Positions 47,613 to 61,523 of a DNA stretch of 64,000 bases are shown here, in pieces. A program made the translations under genes and the position numbers. The notes under the pieces were generated by a model. The model had not been told where the DNA came from. It searched no databases and worked only from the letters and a program-made list of their open reading frames with translations. The first letter of the stretch is position 1; the number at the start of each line of letters is the position of its first letter. Source of the stretch: Bigelowiella natans CCMP2755 (Eukaryota; Protista; Cercozoa); NCBI GenBank assembly GCA_000320545.1, contig ADNK01003343.1:23991-87990 (forward strand), written 5' to 3'.

Positions 47613-49459
47613 ATGAAACCGTGTGGTTTGCCGTTGTCCAATCGCATTCGTGATGATGGCAACGTCGCTCTCCCAGAAAGACCTATCACCGCTCCTTCTT
47701 TGTTAAAATGCGGGATCGTTCTGTCCGTGCTGCTTATTGTTGCCAGTAGTGCTACATACAATCCGAGACCGCCGCAATCAGAAGATTTTGGATTCCTCAG
47801 AAGTGCTGCGCATGCCAAAACTGCGAGCTCACCGCCGACAGCAGTACAGTCGTCCGCGCCAGCAGCGGTGGCAGCATCAGGAGTCGTTAGCGGCACAACA
47901 TCCAGCCCCGTTTGTGAGAGCAATAGGCAGCTTGCACAACCCGCTGTAAATTATCCTCTCAAATTCGTGATTGATAATAATGGGAAGCAAGAACCAGCCC
48001 CCCCCGCTCACATGAATAATGATGATTTTCTGAATGGGAAAAGCAATAACAGAGATTACAGCAGCAACAACAACCAGAAGAGGGATAACGACAGCAACAA
48101 ACAACGCGATGATGTGATACTATGCAAGGACGGCGAGGCTGTGGCTACTAGCCTGAATTCTCTCCATCTTCTTCGAGCGACGTGCAGACGACTCTCAATA
48201 GATTACAACAGCTTGCCGATTTCTGTGGTGTCCTCCTCATCACCAGCGCCGCCACCATCGCCAAAGCGGCGGTCAAGGATGATGATGACAACACGTCGGT
48301 TTGATAAGTCAGCACCATCTCGGAGATCATCGTCGTCGATGTCGAGCGCGTCTCACCTGTTTCTCATGTCACCCCACTCCACATTTCGCACAATACCGGA
48401 TGGAAAGCTCCGAAGGATGATCATGATGAGAGGGAGGAAAAATGAGAGCGCCATCAGATTCTCCCGCCATTCCCAAACCCCTCTACCTCCACCACCATCA
48501 TCATCATCCTCATCTTTTAGGAAAATACGCCTGAAGAACACCAAAATGGGATACGCTGGTTTACCTCAACTAGTTCAAGTAGTACGAGGGAAAGAACAAC
48601 AAGAAGAAGAAGAGGCGAAGACTCGCTTGTCCTCATCATCAAACGAAATGTCCTTGTCACGTAATGACGACTTGCAATATAATTCATCCTTCATTCCTTC
48701 CCACGCGTCTTCACTTCGATTGAGACAACCATCACCGCCACCACCACGACCATCATCATCATCATCATCCTCCTCATCCTCTTCGTTATCATATTCCCTT
48801 CATCATACAAGTGCTCGCAACGCTTCGTCGCCATCGTTGCCCTCATCTCGAGGTACTACTACTACTGCTGCTACTGCTGCTACTTCCAAGCTCTCTCAGA
48901 AGACAGCACCGACGACCCATGCATCCTCACGATCTACGACGACGTCATCACTGCCCGCAGCCCCCCCCCCAGGTGCAGCACTGGACTACAACGAGAAGAA
49001 GCGCATAAATATGATTGAAGGGGTCCCCTGGTGCTTGACGACTGAGGGCATGAGCGAGGCATGCAAGCGGGTTGCTGAAGCCCTCCCCCCCCACCCCGTT
49101 CTAATCCTATTCAGCCGCATCCTTCGTATCCCCCGCCCCTCAAGGAAGGAGGGCCAGATCATCGACTTCATTCGTACGTTGGCCGCTCAGTGCGGGTGGT
49201 GGTACCGAAGAGACGAAGCCGGGAACATTCTCATCCGCAAACCTGCGAGCGACACGCTGCTGCAAAAGGCGGAGATGATCTGCCTGCAAGCGCATCTTGA
49301 TATGGTAACAATTGCGGAATCATCGGCCAAGGCGTCCACGTCGTCGATGTCGGGAGGAGGCGAGCAACAGCCGGGGGGTGGGAAGGAAGAAAGGAAGATT
49401 GATTTTGAGACGACGCCTATCGAGGCATACCTCAAAGACGGCTTTATACGGTATTTATC

Positions 49460-49535
<76 letters not shown>

Positions 49536-49591
49536 ACAAACTATATTCTTTTTCACAATGAGCGTGTGTGTGTGTATGTGTGTGTGTGTGC

Positions 49592-49631
<40 letters not shown>

Positions 49632-50377
49632 ACCTTTATGGTGACGGTGCTGTTTATCACATCATCATCATCAGCAGCAGCAGCAGCAGCATCATCAGCA
49701 TCAATCTTTCTGCTTTTGGTAGGGCAAACGGCACAACACTAGGAGCTGATAACGGTGTTGGCATTGCGGCGGCTTTAGCAATACTGCTAGATGACTCCGT
49801 GGGGGGGCCTGTCGAAGTACTTTTCACTACAAACGAAGAGGCTGGTAGTAGTAGTAGTAGTAGTAGTAGTAGTGTCATTGCCTTGTGATGATGTGTCAGT
49901 CAGCGTTAGAAGAAGAAGAAGAAGAATATCTGGACAACCTCGTTTATAACCGCAAGGAACCAAGAAAACGTTGTGTTTCTCCTGCCTCAACCCCCCTCCC
50001 TTTTCGAGATGGTGTTCTTCTCATGAGAGGATCAGGCAGCAGCACTGATCAAACCAACACATGATTGTCTTCTTCTTCTTCTTCTTCTTCTTCTTCTTCT
50101 TCTTCCACCCCTTCCTCTTTCTCCCCCTCCTCCTCTACCTCTTCTCAGGCATGACTGGAGCGCACAGCTTGAAGCCCTCCTGGCTAAGGAGCCGTCTATT
50201 GATAAATTTAGACTCTGAGGAACCAAACAGAATCACAGCAGGATGTGCTGGGTAGTAGTAGTAGTAGTAGTAGTTGTTGTTGTTGTCGTTGTTGCACGCT
50301 ATCAACCATCGCCCAATCAAGCTTTTGGTACATGCGCGCATGCGGCGTGTTGTGTGTGTGTGAGAGAGAGAGGGAGG

Positions 50378-50416
<39 letters not shown>

Positions 50417-52182
50417 CATTAGTTAGTCATCACGAGTGTTTGCTCGAGAGTTGTAGCTTCCCATTTGTTTCACAATTTGTGTGCCGCCCTGCTGCTGGTG
50501 CTGCTGCTGCTGTGCAGGTCGTTCGGGAAAAGGCTCCGACTCTCCCCCCAGCGGGATGTGAGCGTGGACACGAAGAAGCTGCACTACTTTGGTGTCAAGA
50601 TATCGAATCTAACCGGAGGACACTCCGGCTTGATGATCCATCGTAACATCTCGAGCGCCATCAAGATCGTCGCTCAGTGTGCACGTAAGTGTTAGTGGTA
50701 GTAGCAGCCTTATTAGCTGTAGGGTCAGTAAATATCCCTCTGCAATGACGCTGGTATTAGTGACAGTGTGCGCTCACCACCATCATCACCATGATCAATC
50801 TCATCCCCCCCCCCCCCCCCCCCCCCTTTCGAACATCAATGCTTCGTAGGTTCCGTGCTGGAGTCCGGTGTGAATATACGGTTGGTGTCGCTGAAAGGAG
50901 GAGATGCTCAGAACTCCATCCCCTCACAAGCCACTGCGTGGTTTGCGGTCACTAAAGAGGCCGATCTGGAGCTAGCGGAGGACATCATCGAGCATGTGGT
51001 ACAAATCATGCAGATCGGCGAAATCAAAGCCTTGGAAGCAGCGGCAGCAGCGGCTGCTGCCAGTAGCACTGCTACTGCTACGATTCGGAAAGAAGAAGAT
51101 CATGACAGCGGCAAGAAGAAAGAAGAGGGTTGTGATGATGATGATACTGGTGGTGGTGAGGTCAATGGTGATGTTCAAAATCACTGTCACCACCACCACC
51201 ACCATCATCATCACCACCATCATCCAAAACAACAGCAGCAGCAGCAGCACTATCATACTGATAGTAGTAATACGCCGACAACGACCGCTGCTAGATTAGC
51301 TTCACCAGCTACTACTACTTCGATGGCGATGATGGCGGCAACAAAGACATGGGCTCTTGAGTTCTGTAGACGCCATTGTAGTAGCTGCCGCACCACGCAC
51401 AGTTGTGGAGAGGGGGGGTTAGGAGAAGAAGAGGAGGAGGAAGAAGAAGCGCCATTGCCGCTCACTAGAGAAGCAACAGCCAACATAGTAGATGTCCTTC
51501 TGAGAGCTCCTCACGGCTGCTTTGAGCTGTCGTCTATGGGGCACGTAGAATCATCGGTATTATAATTAATTCAAAGTGACATGAGTGTCACCTTCCCCTC
51601 GTCTCCTTTCAACGCGATTGGTGCTGCTGCTGCTGCTGCTGCCACGCGCTAATGAGGCATCACCGATCCCCGTCTATCCACCCCCCATTCAGGTATCACT
51701 GTCAATGGCACATCTCGACAGCAACAGCACGGCAGCTCTAGAGATGTACTTCAAGGTACGCTTGTCTGGGAAGTCAGACGCACAAAAATTGGATAACGAG
51801 ATCAGCCGTTTCGGAGAGTCAAAAGGACTAGAGGTCAGTTCTATCAACGCCGTATTAGCTTTCCCCCCTCCCCACCCCCCCCTTGCATAGCCTTGTTCTT
51901 CTCGAATCGCCTTTTTCTCCATCCTTTGCTTTCCCTGTTGTCCTCAGACACCAATGATTCTTGCTGAATATATTGAATGGTGTTATCACCGAAGGTGCTT
52001 CCTATGGAGAGTTTTTCAAGGGGATGGACGGCCGCCCTCGACAGCTCGGTACTACATCTATTGTTTCATTGATTCATTGATTCATTCATTACCGGTTGAT
52101 TGATTGATCTATCGGCACTCTTCCACAGATAGCATCGATGTACCTACGACTGGGCCACGAAGCTGTCTTCGGTAAACTGGCG

Positions 52183-52249
<67 letters not shown>

Positions 52250-52393
52250 TATTAGTAGTGAAAGCAGCATAGCAGCAGAGGGAGAAAAGAAGCTCTACAT
52301 TCTGTTAGCCTCCACAACTGCTCTACAAATTTTTATGGTGTATTATCGTCAACTGGGGTTATGTGAAACGATGTTGTTGTGATGCTGTTTTGC

Positions 52394-52430
<37 letters not shown>

Positions 52431-52643
52431 CCCCCTCTCTCAGGTCGTCAGCCAGAATTCCAAGAAGTACACGGAGGGTTGGAGCTCGGCATCATAGCAG
52501 AGAAATACCCAAAGCTCGACTGTGCTTCTATGGGGCCTGAGATCCTTGGCGCTCACACAACCGAAGAAAGACTTAGAGTGGCCACGGTGCCTCCATGGTA
52601 GTAAAACGCAACGGCGAGCATAAATCAGCAACTTGTGAGTGTG

Positions 52644-52683
<40 letters not shown>

Positions 52684-52859
52684 CACTCAAGAAATATCAT
52701 TGATGCATCTGTGCTGCCTTTTCTTCTTCTTCCTCCATCTTTCCGTACATCTCATCGTTGCCACTTCCCTACCGGCATTAAATTAGGTACGAATGGCTGA
52801 AAACTAGTATACAGGCATATCACTCCGATTCGGATAGGATTCGAAGGTGCGCTAACTGA
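47613..52859 (+). CDS. pepD: M20C aminoacyl-histidine dipeptidase with a long N-terminal extension
   Basis: IPRPSRKE, QAHLDMV, GTTLGADNGVG, LFTTNEEAG, LINLDSEE, GCAG, GGHSG, HGGLELGII and SMGPEILGAHTTEERL; stop at 52857-52859. Confidence 0.9.
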
Positions 52860-53617
52860 GAATCCCTTATTTCGCAGCTACGACTGACTGCTGCTAAAGA
52901 GTGTTACGCACGCAAAGATCTAATTGAAATGCATCGTATTTTGGAGAACAGCTAGGTGTTGTGTTGAATAGCATAAGCAGCATGTATACGATGTCTGTTG
53001 GTCACTTTTGATGATATCCCAATAGGAATGCGGAGAGGTACGGCTACAGTCTTGGCAAGCTCATGTGGAATGCGCTATCCAGGGTCAATATGTACAGCGG
53101 CAGCAGCAGCCACCACCACAAGATGCAGTATCATCGATATGATTCGCAATAAAGGGGGGCAATTTTTATCTTCAGTACAGTTTATCATCCAAAGAATTTT
53201 AGACCTTTATTTACGTATTGCTCCGTTTCATTGTCGTTTTGTAGAAGTGCATCTGGTGTACTGTAGCAGTGGTAGATAGCCTAATGAATGTGTGCCCTAC
53301 TACCTTGTTTAGATATATTAAACTAATAAACCTGAGAATGAAATCAAGATGATCAGCTACATAGAGACGCGCGTCGCAACCAGTCACGACTGAGACTACA
53401 TGAGAATGAGCATCGCATCTGATTTGAGCATCATCTCTCACACACTGAGCAGCGGCTCTACAGACAGCAAGGCCTTTACGTGTTTATGAAACGGATGTAA
53501 TGAAATGGTTAAATCATTTCATCATCTTAATGTAGCTGTGCACGCCTTTACGTGTTCATGTTTAGCAGATAGATGTAATGAAATGGCTACAGCTACGTGT
53601 GTATGTATGTATGTATG

Positions 53618-53854
53618 ACGACCAAGGAGCTGTCGCAGCATGCGCACGTCCACTCGTGCTGCACGCTGCGCTGCGCACATGCGCATGGAAGTTCTCAGAA
53701 CTTCGGGAATCTCCGAGAAGCTTCGAGAATCTTCCAGAAGCTTCGAGAACATTCCGGAAGATTCGAGAATCTTCCAGAATCTTCGAGAGCGTTCCGGAAA
53801 CTTCGGGAATCTTCCAGAACACTCGAGAGAATTCGAGAGAATTCTGGGAGATTC
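53618..53854 (+). mobile_element. Internal fragment of the copia LTR (U3 and HSE-like array), opposite in orientation to the full element
   Basis: Matches the reverse complement of about 25497-25720 with about 6 substitutions and one extra decamer; lacks both LTR termini; flanked by (TATG)n. Confidence 0.93.
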
Positions 53855-54507
53855 TTATGTATGTATGTGTAAGACGGATGTAATGAAATGTTTAAATTTT
53901 TTCAATTGTCATCCTAATGTAGCTGTGCAATGCAGCGGCTACAGCGCTTAATTTGTATGTATTTGTTTCCTTTGTCGCGTGTTGTATGCATGAGAAAGCA
54001 TTGCAATTTGGTCTGTCATGTCGTGCATGTACATGCACATGTATTGCGTGTGGCAGGTATACTCGACTATTGTACGGCCAACGCGCACGCAATGCGCCAT
54101 GTTAGGCAATGATTGAATTTAATAGGTGCATGGCTGCCATGCTGTCATCTCTAGATCTAGCCATTTCAGAGTCTCGGCATTTATTCACTGCTAAGTTGTC
54201 ATGTGATGCTTTGTCATTGGCGATTCCATATTGACGCTGCATGCGTGTGTCGTATTGACTGCGCTGCGCAGCGTGTACAAGAATAAATTGGACGACGTCT
54301 GAGAGCATGGGCTAATAAACAAATAACACAAAAGGCTCGGTTCGTAGCACACCAATAAAAGCGCACACGTAAAATCTGTAAGTAGGATGATGCATGGTTA
54401 ACATGTATACCTACAATCTACATTATTTTGAACATCGCAATTCTTTCTGACACGACAAACTGAGATTTATGCTTTATTCAACATTTATTCCGCGTGCGTA
54501 CATTTGT

Positions 54508-54981
54508 TTACATTTCTAATCTTGTTTGAAGGTGATTCACGATTGAACGTGCTATGGTTGACACAGGTTCCACGATTGGCACGATCAACACGTTTTCACT
54601 GTGAGAATATGTTACACAAAACAATAAATTTGATGATCTTCATCATTCTCTTCTCTCTCCCTGTTCTTTCCCTTTCTCTCACTCTCCATGATCAACATTG
54701 TAACATCGCCATCGCCACTACCATGGCTACTATCATCGTCATCAAAATCATCACATCATCATTGCCTAACCACACAAAGATAAAAACTAACTCACAATGA
54801 CAAGATGAAATTACATGAGATATCAGGCACACGATAGCATCATCGTCGTTAGGAGTTGCAGAATTTGTATTGAAAGGAGTAGTAATTATTACACCTTGGT
54901 TCTGGCTTCTCTAACGTCTGAAACTGACTTTGAAGAAGCTGAGGAAGAGAAGAATTAAAATAACACTGACCGTTCTTTCCC

Positions 54982-55023
<42 letters not shown>

Positions 55024-55801
55024 TTTAAATAATCTGTGTGAGACATCTCTTCTTATTTTATGAACAATAATGTAAGCCAGTAGTACTAACGATGACAGCA
55101 TGAACCGTACTTTCCCAAATTGGCATTAATTGAGCATTTGTTCGTTATATAAAATATTGAGTGGCAATAGACAGAGAAGCAGCTGTGACATAAAAAAACC
55201 CGCCACCACCAACACCACCACATCGGCTTTCGAGTGGTAACAGAATTGTCTGTTAACACCCACCTACACACCATTGTTAATGCTGCAATACTTTGTTTTC
55301 AACGGTAATTGTGAATTTACAACTTGTCCGAATGGTGCAAAGAACGATGTACCCTACTAACTACCTTTGGATTGAAAAAATGCTCCTTCCTATCTTTAAG
55401 CCTGCTCGCAATCAGCTCTTGTGAACCTTCCAAGAGTAAAATTCCAACTTTGGAGCAAACTTTGTCGTCCGTTCCTCTTGTAATGCGGGCATGTTACACA
55501 ACAAGAGTAACAATCATGACAAAATTAAGAAACATGAGAACTTTAGTCAGTATAGTCATTATTTAGGAATTATTCATATAGATTCCAATAATCGCCCAAA
55601 AACAGCTCAGACCAATGGAAGAACAACACCCGGTGTCGTCCAAAAAATGAGTGAGCTAAGTTTGCTGTTGTCATACATTGGCCGATCTGAGAATCTACGA
55701 TTTGCAGTTTTTACCTTAAAATGTCACGATAAGATTTCTTCAATGCAGAGCAGGCTAGAACAAGTCTAATTGATTATTCGCGAAATTATCGAGGTCACCT
55801 C

Positions 55802-55837
<36 letters not shown>

Positions 55838-56460
55838 CTGTTATTTTCCTCTTTTAGCTCTTGTGAGATGATCAATGTCGTTGGTGGAATTTCTCTTTTT
55901 GGCAGTTTTGCGTCACAAAGATCGAGGACAGCGATTTACCTTGTTTTTGACTCAACATGACTCTTTATAAGTTTGGCCAATGCCTCCAGCCATGGCTTTC
56001 TATCCAAATCGTTCAAAGCTGTCCCACTCCTCATTTTCTCTACATTTTCTGTATGATAGAAATAAGATATCAATTTAAGACTGGGCATATGGGACTGCTA
56101 TTGCTGTGTACATGCTCTGATAGATACGAATAGCAGACTATGTACCAGTCGGATGGTAGTCGTCAGCATCTGCAAAGGTTGCTGCACCCCAGAGTTTAGC
56201 AACAGCGATACCAACAGAACTCTTACCTAAGAAGAACTCTTTAGGCAATGATCACCATCGTGCAAAAGATTTGATTGCATCAATCGCAACATGAAGCGTG
56301 CATCATTAAAGCGAAGAGAGTATCATGGTCATTGGTTACCACATCCTGAAACGCCTGCTACGATAACCACAGAAGTATAGCAATGGAGTGGGGGAGGGCA
56401 CAGCTGTTGCTTCTTCTTATTATTCTTATTCTTCTGATCATCTCCTCGCTTGTGCATCAT
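54508..56460 (-). CDS. Gluconokinase (GntK/IdnK family), spliced
   Basis: VIVAGVSGCGKS P-loop, DADDYHP, NVEKMRSGTALNDLDRKPWL, LVLACSALKKSYRDIL and RLKDRKEHFFNPKLLQSQFQTLEKP; stop at 54508-54510. Absent from the ORF track because the exons are short. Confidence 0.92.
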
Positions 56461-56753
56461 TCATCGCTCGGTTGCTTTTGAAATGTTAATTGCAACTTAT
56501 TAGCTTGCTTCAGCTGTCCTCCTCCTCCTCCTCCTTCTTCTTCTCCTTCTTCTTCTTCTTGCGTGTTTTTTTAGGTGTTTTTACCTTACAGTAAGTCAAA
56601 TGCCTCTACAAGGAAGTTAAGTGCGAAGTGAGTAATGCAGTGAATTGTTAGGTGATATTAGCTTAGTGACATCATGGAAAACAGAGATCAGTAGTATTAG
56701 TAGTAGTTGTGGAGGAAGTATTTCTGGGAGAGTGGATAACGACAAGGGTGATC

Positions 56754-58600
56754 ATGATGATGATGATGATGGAAGAGGAGGAGGAGGATGAAGAGGGGGA
56801 GGAGGGAAAGGATGACGAGGAGGAACAGAAACAGGAAGAAGAGACAAAGGAACAACGTCATGATTGCGAGGACGATTCCGATTGCTGCCGTAGCGGGCCG
56901 AGATCATGTGAAGAGAACGGAGGTAAAGGGCTCAGAGAGATAAACAGAGAAGGGGGTCGGGATCTCACCATTTAACTCACGGTCTTGCCTTCACTCATGT
57001 TTATCACAGCGTATAATCTGGAATGTAATAGATGCACTCCAGCAGCAAATGTCCAACTTACATTAAGCGAAGGAGCGAGAGAGGAGTGTCAGTTCGTATC
57101 ATTTTCGAGTGACGGGGCAATGCTGGCCACAGCCATTAAATCCGTGATATCTATTTGGAGCCATTCTTCTTCTTCGTCGTCAATTTCTTCCTTTTCACGG
57201 CCACTCTTTACGAGAATAACAAATATACATGCTGCGCCTTCATTGTTGGGCATTGTATTCAGCCCGGCAGTTTCGAAAGGATATGAAGGAAGGAGGCAAG
57301 TAGAGAGTGGGAGACCTGAACAGCTGCTTCTTGCCACTGCTAGTGGTATCAATACAATTTCTATGCGCAAATCAATTATTGGGGGTTAAGGAAGGGGAAC
57401 AGGTTATCGGAATACATGTTACTAATCGGGGGGTTGCGTCATCTTCCTTATTTTTAACATTTGTTATAATTGTTTAGGAAGCGAGACAGAGATATTCAGC
57501 GTTCCTGATGGCAAGAAGATCCTTCTCACGCCCCAATTCCCTTCTTCTCACGTCAAGTTCTCGCCTGATGGATGTATTCTCTTAGCAATATCAGGAGGAT
57601 ATTTGCGTTCTTGCTCAGTTGCGAGTGGGCATTCATTTAGACTGTTCTTCCAACCATCGTCTAGAAGCTTCGTGCCAATGCTCAAAGATTTTTCCTTTTC
57701 TCCTGATGGTGGCGACCTTCTTGTTGGGTGAATAAAACATACACGCGCACACATAAAAATACATACAATGAAGGAGGGAGGGAGTAGCTACTAACATTAA
57801 TCAGCATATGTTGGCATACAACACAAAACAGTAAATCACACAGGTATGGCAGAGCTGGGATCGATCTTTGGAACTTGGGTAAATTGCGGAAGGCCTCTTC
57901 TGATGTCCTTCCAATGGTGACAAACGCGAATCAAGTTCATTGGTCAAAAATTGGTGTGGTCTTGACGATCGGGGATAAAGGATTGCTGGCATCGACATCT
58001 GATTCAATTGATATAACTTGGAGAGGAGCTGAGAAGAATACACTGTGGGGAATAGATCGATCATTCCAGTCCTTGGTGCTTTCTGCCTGTGGACGCATGG
58101 TCGCGCTGAGTCATGGTTCTTAAAAATTGGGTGGGTTACGGTAGAGATGATGAGGATTGCGATAAATTAAGACGAAAATTAGGTATCAACTCACTTGAGC
58201 CGCACAATTCTAGGCCATACGGGCGAGATCCGCGACGTCCGAACCGGAAGCTTGCTTGAAACTTTCTCTTTCAGTTCTCGTAGCGAAATTACAGGCTTGG
58301 CATTCTCACCTAGTGATGCGGTCCTAGCCGCAGCACACAATCATGGTGTCACCATTTTTCGATACGATGAGGTGAACTATCCGATCGAGATCATTGTCAT
58401 TGTCCCCCTTTCTTCCTATAACCCCTTTCTCTTATCAGGGCAACCGAGATTACAGCGGGATTGTGACTACTGTCTTACGAGATCTGCCGATGATACGGAT
58501 GCTTCATGAGAAGCTGTTCTATGCCATATCCTTCGAGCAACGCGCAAAGGAAATGCTGCGGATATGTGCAGATTGCACATCTGAAAGTTGCATGCGCTAA
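56754..58600 (+). CDS. WD40-repeat protein with an acidic N-terminus, spliced
   Basis: VSFSSDGAMLATA..VISIW, VKFSPDG, FSFSPDG and ITGLAFSPSDAVLAAA repeats; both ends uncertain. Confidence 0.7.
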
Positions 58601-59164
58601 TTTTTTTTTGCTGACCCTAGGACACATCATGTGACATGCCAGACAATGTAGAGCATACCGCTTGGTCTGGGTGCTCTGTGGCTTCAGTTTCCAAAGCCTA
58701 GAGTATGTAACTATGACCTTGCAATAGCACCTAGCAAGCGAAAAATATGTTGGAAAAGTTTCATCGTTCATGGTGCATTCCTCTGTGTAGTGCGCTCAGC
58801 AATGAAGCCAGCCAACGCAGAGCCGCTAGGGAGATTTAGTTCAATTATGTGTACGTATGCTTAGTGCTAACTAATGCGTTGAATGTGACAACAGTACATG
58901 CACAAAGATACACATTGTGTCGAAACAAATCAAAGTTAGAGCATCATTCAAATATCCAACTTTGGACATCTTTCAGTAGGTTTTGATATTTTGCTTGATT
59001 AATGTGCGATTTTCATAAAGCGTGCACACAATAGTAGCGGTGGATGAAATAGCTTGCTGCTCATGACCGGCTACCAATTTTATCTTTAAGACTGTAGAAG
59101 ATATTTATTAGCGAGTCAAGGCTGCTATGAGCGGTAAAAAGCCATATACACGGATATGTGCACT

Positions 59165-59862
59165 TCAATCTAAATATCCGAGAATTTTGGAAGTGATGGC
59201 AAGGACAGCGATCAGGATACTGATGTACAGGAAGTAGTTCGGCATTCTGTTTTCGAAAAATTTGATTAGTTTTCAGAAAACCGCATAACGAATTGAAGAT
59301 CTCATTACGCTGTATTTTGAGCCCCCCCAACTCCTACGTATTCGTCTCGGAGTCGGCGCATTTGTTCTTTGGACATCTTAGGCTTCTTTCTTTCGACCTA
59401 AAAATATGTGTGCATCCAGATTGATCAACCACTTTTGCAAATCGATGTTAAACACGTTCGGTAAAGCTTCTATACCTTCTGAACCTCATCAGCGTACACA
59501 AACCCGTCCTTATCGGGCTGACCTAAGATAAGATTTTCGTAAGAGCGGAAGTACTCTCCTTTTCGACTCAATCCCACGTGTTGCAATATAATTTTTGAAG
59601 GTTTGAAATGCTTGCAACCTGGCTTCCGGTCACCAGACTCGCTGTCGGCGCAGATTCGCAGAGATCGACGTAGCTCTGGGAAACTGGCTCTCATGGGTAC
59701 GAAGATTCCACGAGTTCTCTGAGCGGAGATAGGCGCTGCATGTGACAAAGAATGGGCGGTGCTATTCGACTTGTGTATGAAGAAGCATAGGGCTGCGCCT
59801 ATCACAAGGAGTGGAGCAAAGAGGGATTTCATGGTTGGGGAACGTGGAGGGCTCATGGACAT
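59165..59862 (-). CDS. Small putative plastid-targeted single-pass membrane protein
   Basis: Signal peptide (LFAPLLVIGAALCFF) then a Ser/Arg-rich transit-like segment. Spliced mature part MSKEQMRRLRDEYVGVGGAQNTAMPNYFLYISILIAVLAITSKILGYLD; stop at 59165-59167. Confidence 0.65.
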
Positions 59863-60502
59863 CGTCAATGATTTAAGAAATAGGTATGCAATCGAAACCT
59901 GTAATTGCACTGTTAATTTTCTTTATATGGACTATTATTGCCTGTCGCTCATACTTAATTCAGACAATTTTCCACAAATTCTTACGTGCGATCTGGGCAT
60001 CATCGCAGCTAGGGGAGAAATTGTCTTGTCGTTCTGTGTTTTCGAGATGGATAAACTTTGCACTTGTGTACGGGTGTACGGGTTCCAGGTGTGGCATAAC
60101 GTCCTTCTTCGATAGTACGACATGGAATTTCAGTGTCGCATGTAATGAATGATATCGATTTAGGAGCATCGCTCTTCTTCTTTGGTACGACTTGAAATAT
60201 TATTGTCGCATGTAGTGAACGATATTGCTTTAGGAACAAATGTCCGTACAGATAAATCGTAGCCCAGGGAATCAGGGAAATCATTCGACAAACATTTGCT
60301 GGGCGCACATGGCGGACTGAACTTTGGGCACTAAAGAGATCGTCCTCCACCACCTCCTGTATGATTTTGGGAGTCGATTTGTGAAGCATGTGCTTCGCTC
60401 AAACTTTGTGCTCGTAATTGTCTTTATATGACTTTGGACATACCATGTCGATCCAACTAACAACTGATACTTATTTCCACTTCAATCCCAGGAACCTACG
60501 CA

Positions 60503-61230
60503 ATGCGCGGTGCCAACACCAACGAAGTTCCATCATCACCAGATGCCGATTCTATGGTGTCTGACATTGGAAGTACGACACCGCGGTCGGGCGCGGACTT
60601 ACTAGCGTCGAACAGCAGCAAGAAAGCGAAACGCCAACGTCAATTGGCTGAGCTGACAAAGAGTCATGTCCAGCTGTGTAAAAAACCCATCTCTTGGAGG
60701 GTAGTAGTCTTTATCTTATGAACTATCGATGGACTAGTATTTTGTGTGATTATTCGTATCTAGATTAGCTCCATCACACCAATAAAGGTCTCATTATTAT
60801 TTTCATCGCACAACAATAGGTTAACGAAGAACCACCCGAAGGGTCTAATGCTCCAGGGATAACTCACCAAGTACTACAATCTTCTTCCCCATTCACATAC
60901 TACTCACACAAATAATGATAAGAGGGATTCCATCGTATCAAATTTATTCGTTCTGTTTGCTGCTCCCCATCCATCATTTATTTACATCAACACGAATGAC
61001 AACCCCCCTCCCCTCCCTAGGTCTTTTACGACACTCTTCACGAGGAGTTGATCATGTTATCGAGAGCCCCTAACGGCGCGGCTAATGTCTCTATTTCCGA
61101 TCATAAAAGCTCAAAGTAAGCCTATCCTTTGTCGTTGCGTATCCTCCTGATTCTAGTTCTACTGACCATAGGAAGTCTTGCCTGTGTGAGTGTGAGTGTG
61201 AGTGTGAGTGTGAGTGTGAGTGGGAGTGTG

Positions 61231-61270
<40 letters not shown>

Positions 61271-61424
61271 TTTGGGCGTACGTATGTGTTTCACTTACCT
61301 CTCCTAACTTCGCAAATATGCGGCTTTCATGTATTGATTCTTATGTGCAACCACCATGTGTCCGATTGGTTGAATGTAATTGCGGGAATACCAGATCCAC
61401 AGGTGCGCCACAAGAAGCACATAA

Positions 61425-61463
<39 letters not shown>

Positions 61464-61484
61464 ACACTCACACACACACACACG

Positions 61485-61523
<39 letters not shown>

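Noticed and set aside
44585-56460. FAHD1-pepD-gluconokinase as a metabolic gene cluster or bacterial insert
   Set aside because: All three are intron-rich, in mixed orientation, and share no clear pathway.
60101-60240. Imperfect ~72-bp direct repeat between divergent genes
   Set aside because: Only two degenerate copies with no termini or TSD; no function can be supported.
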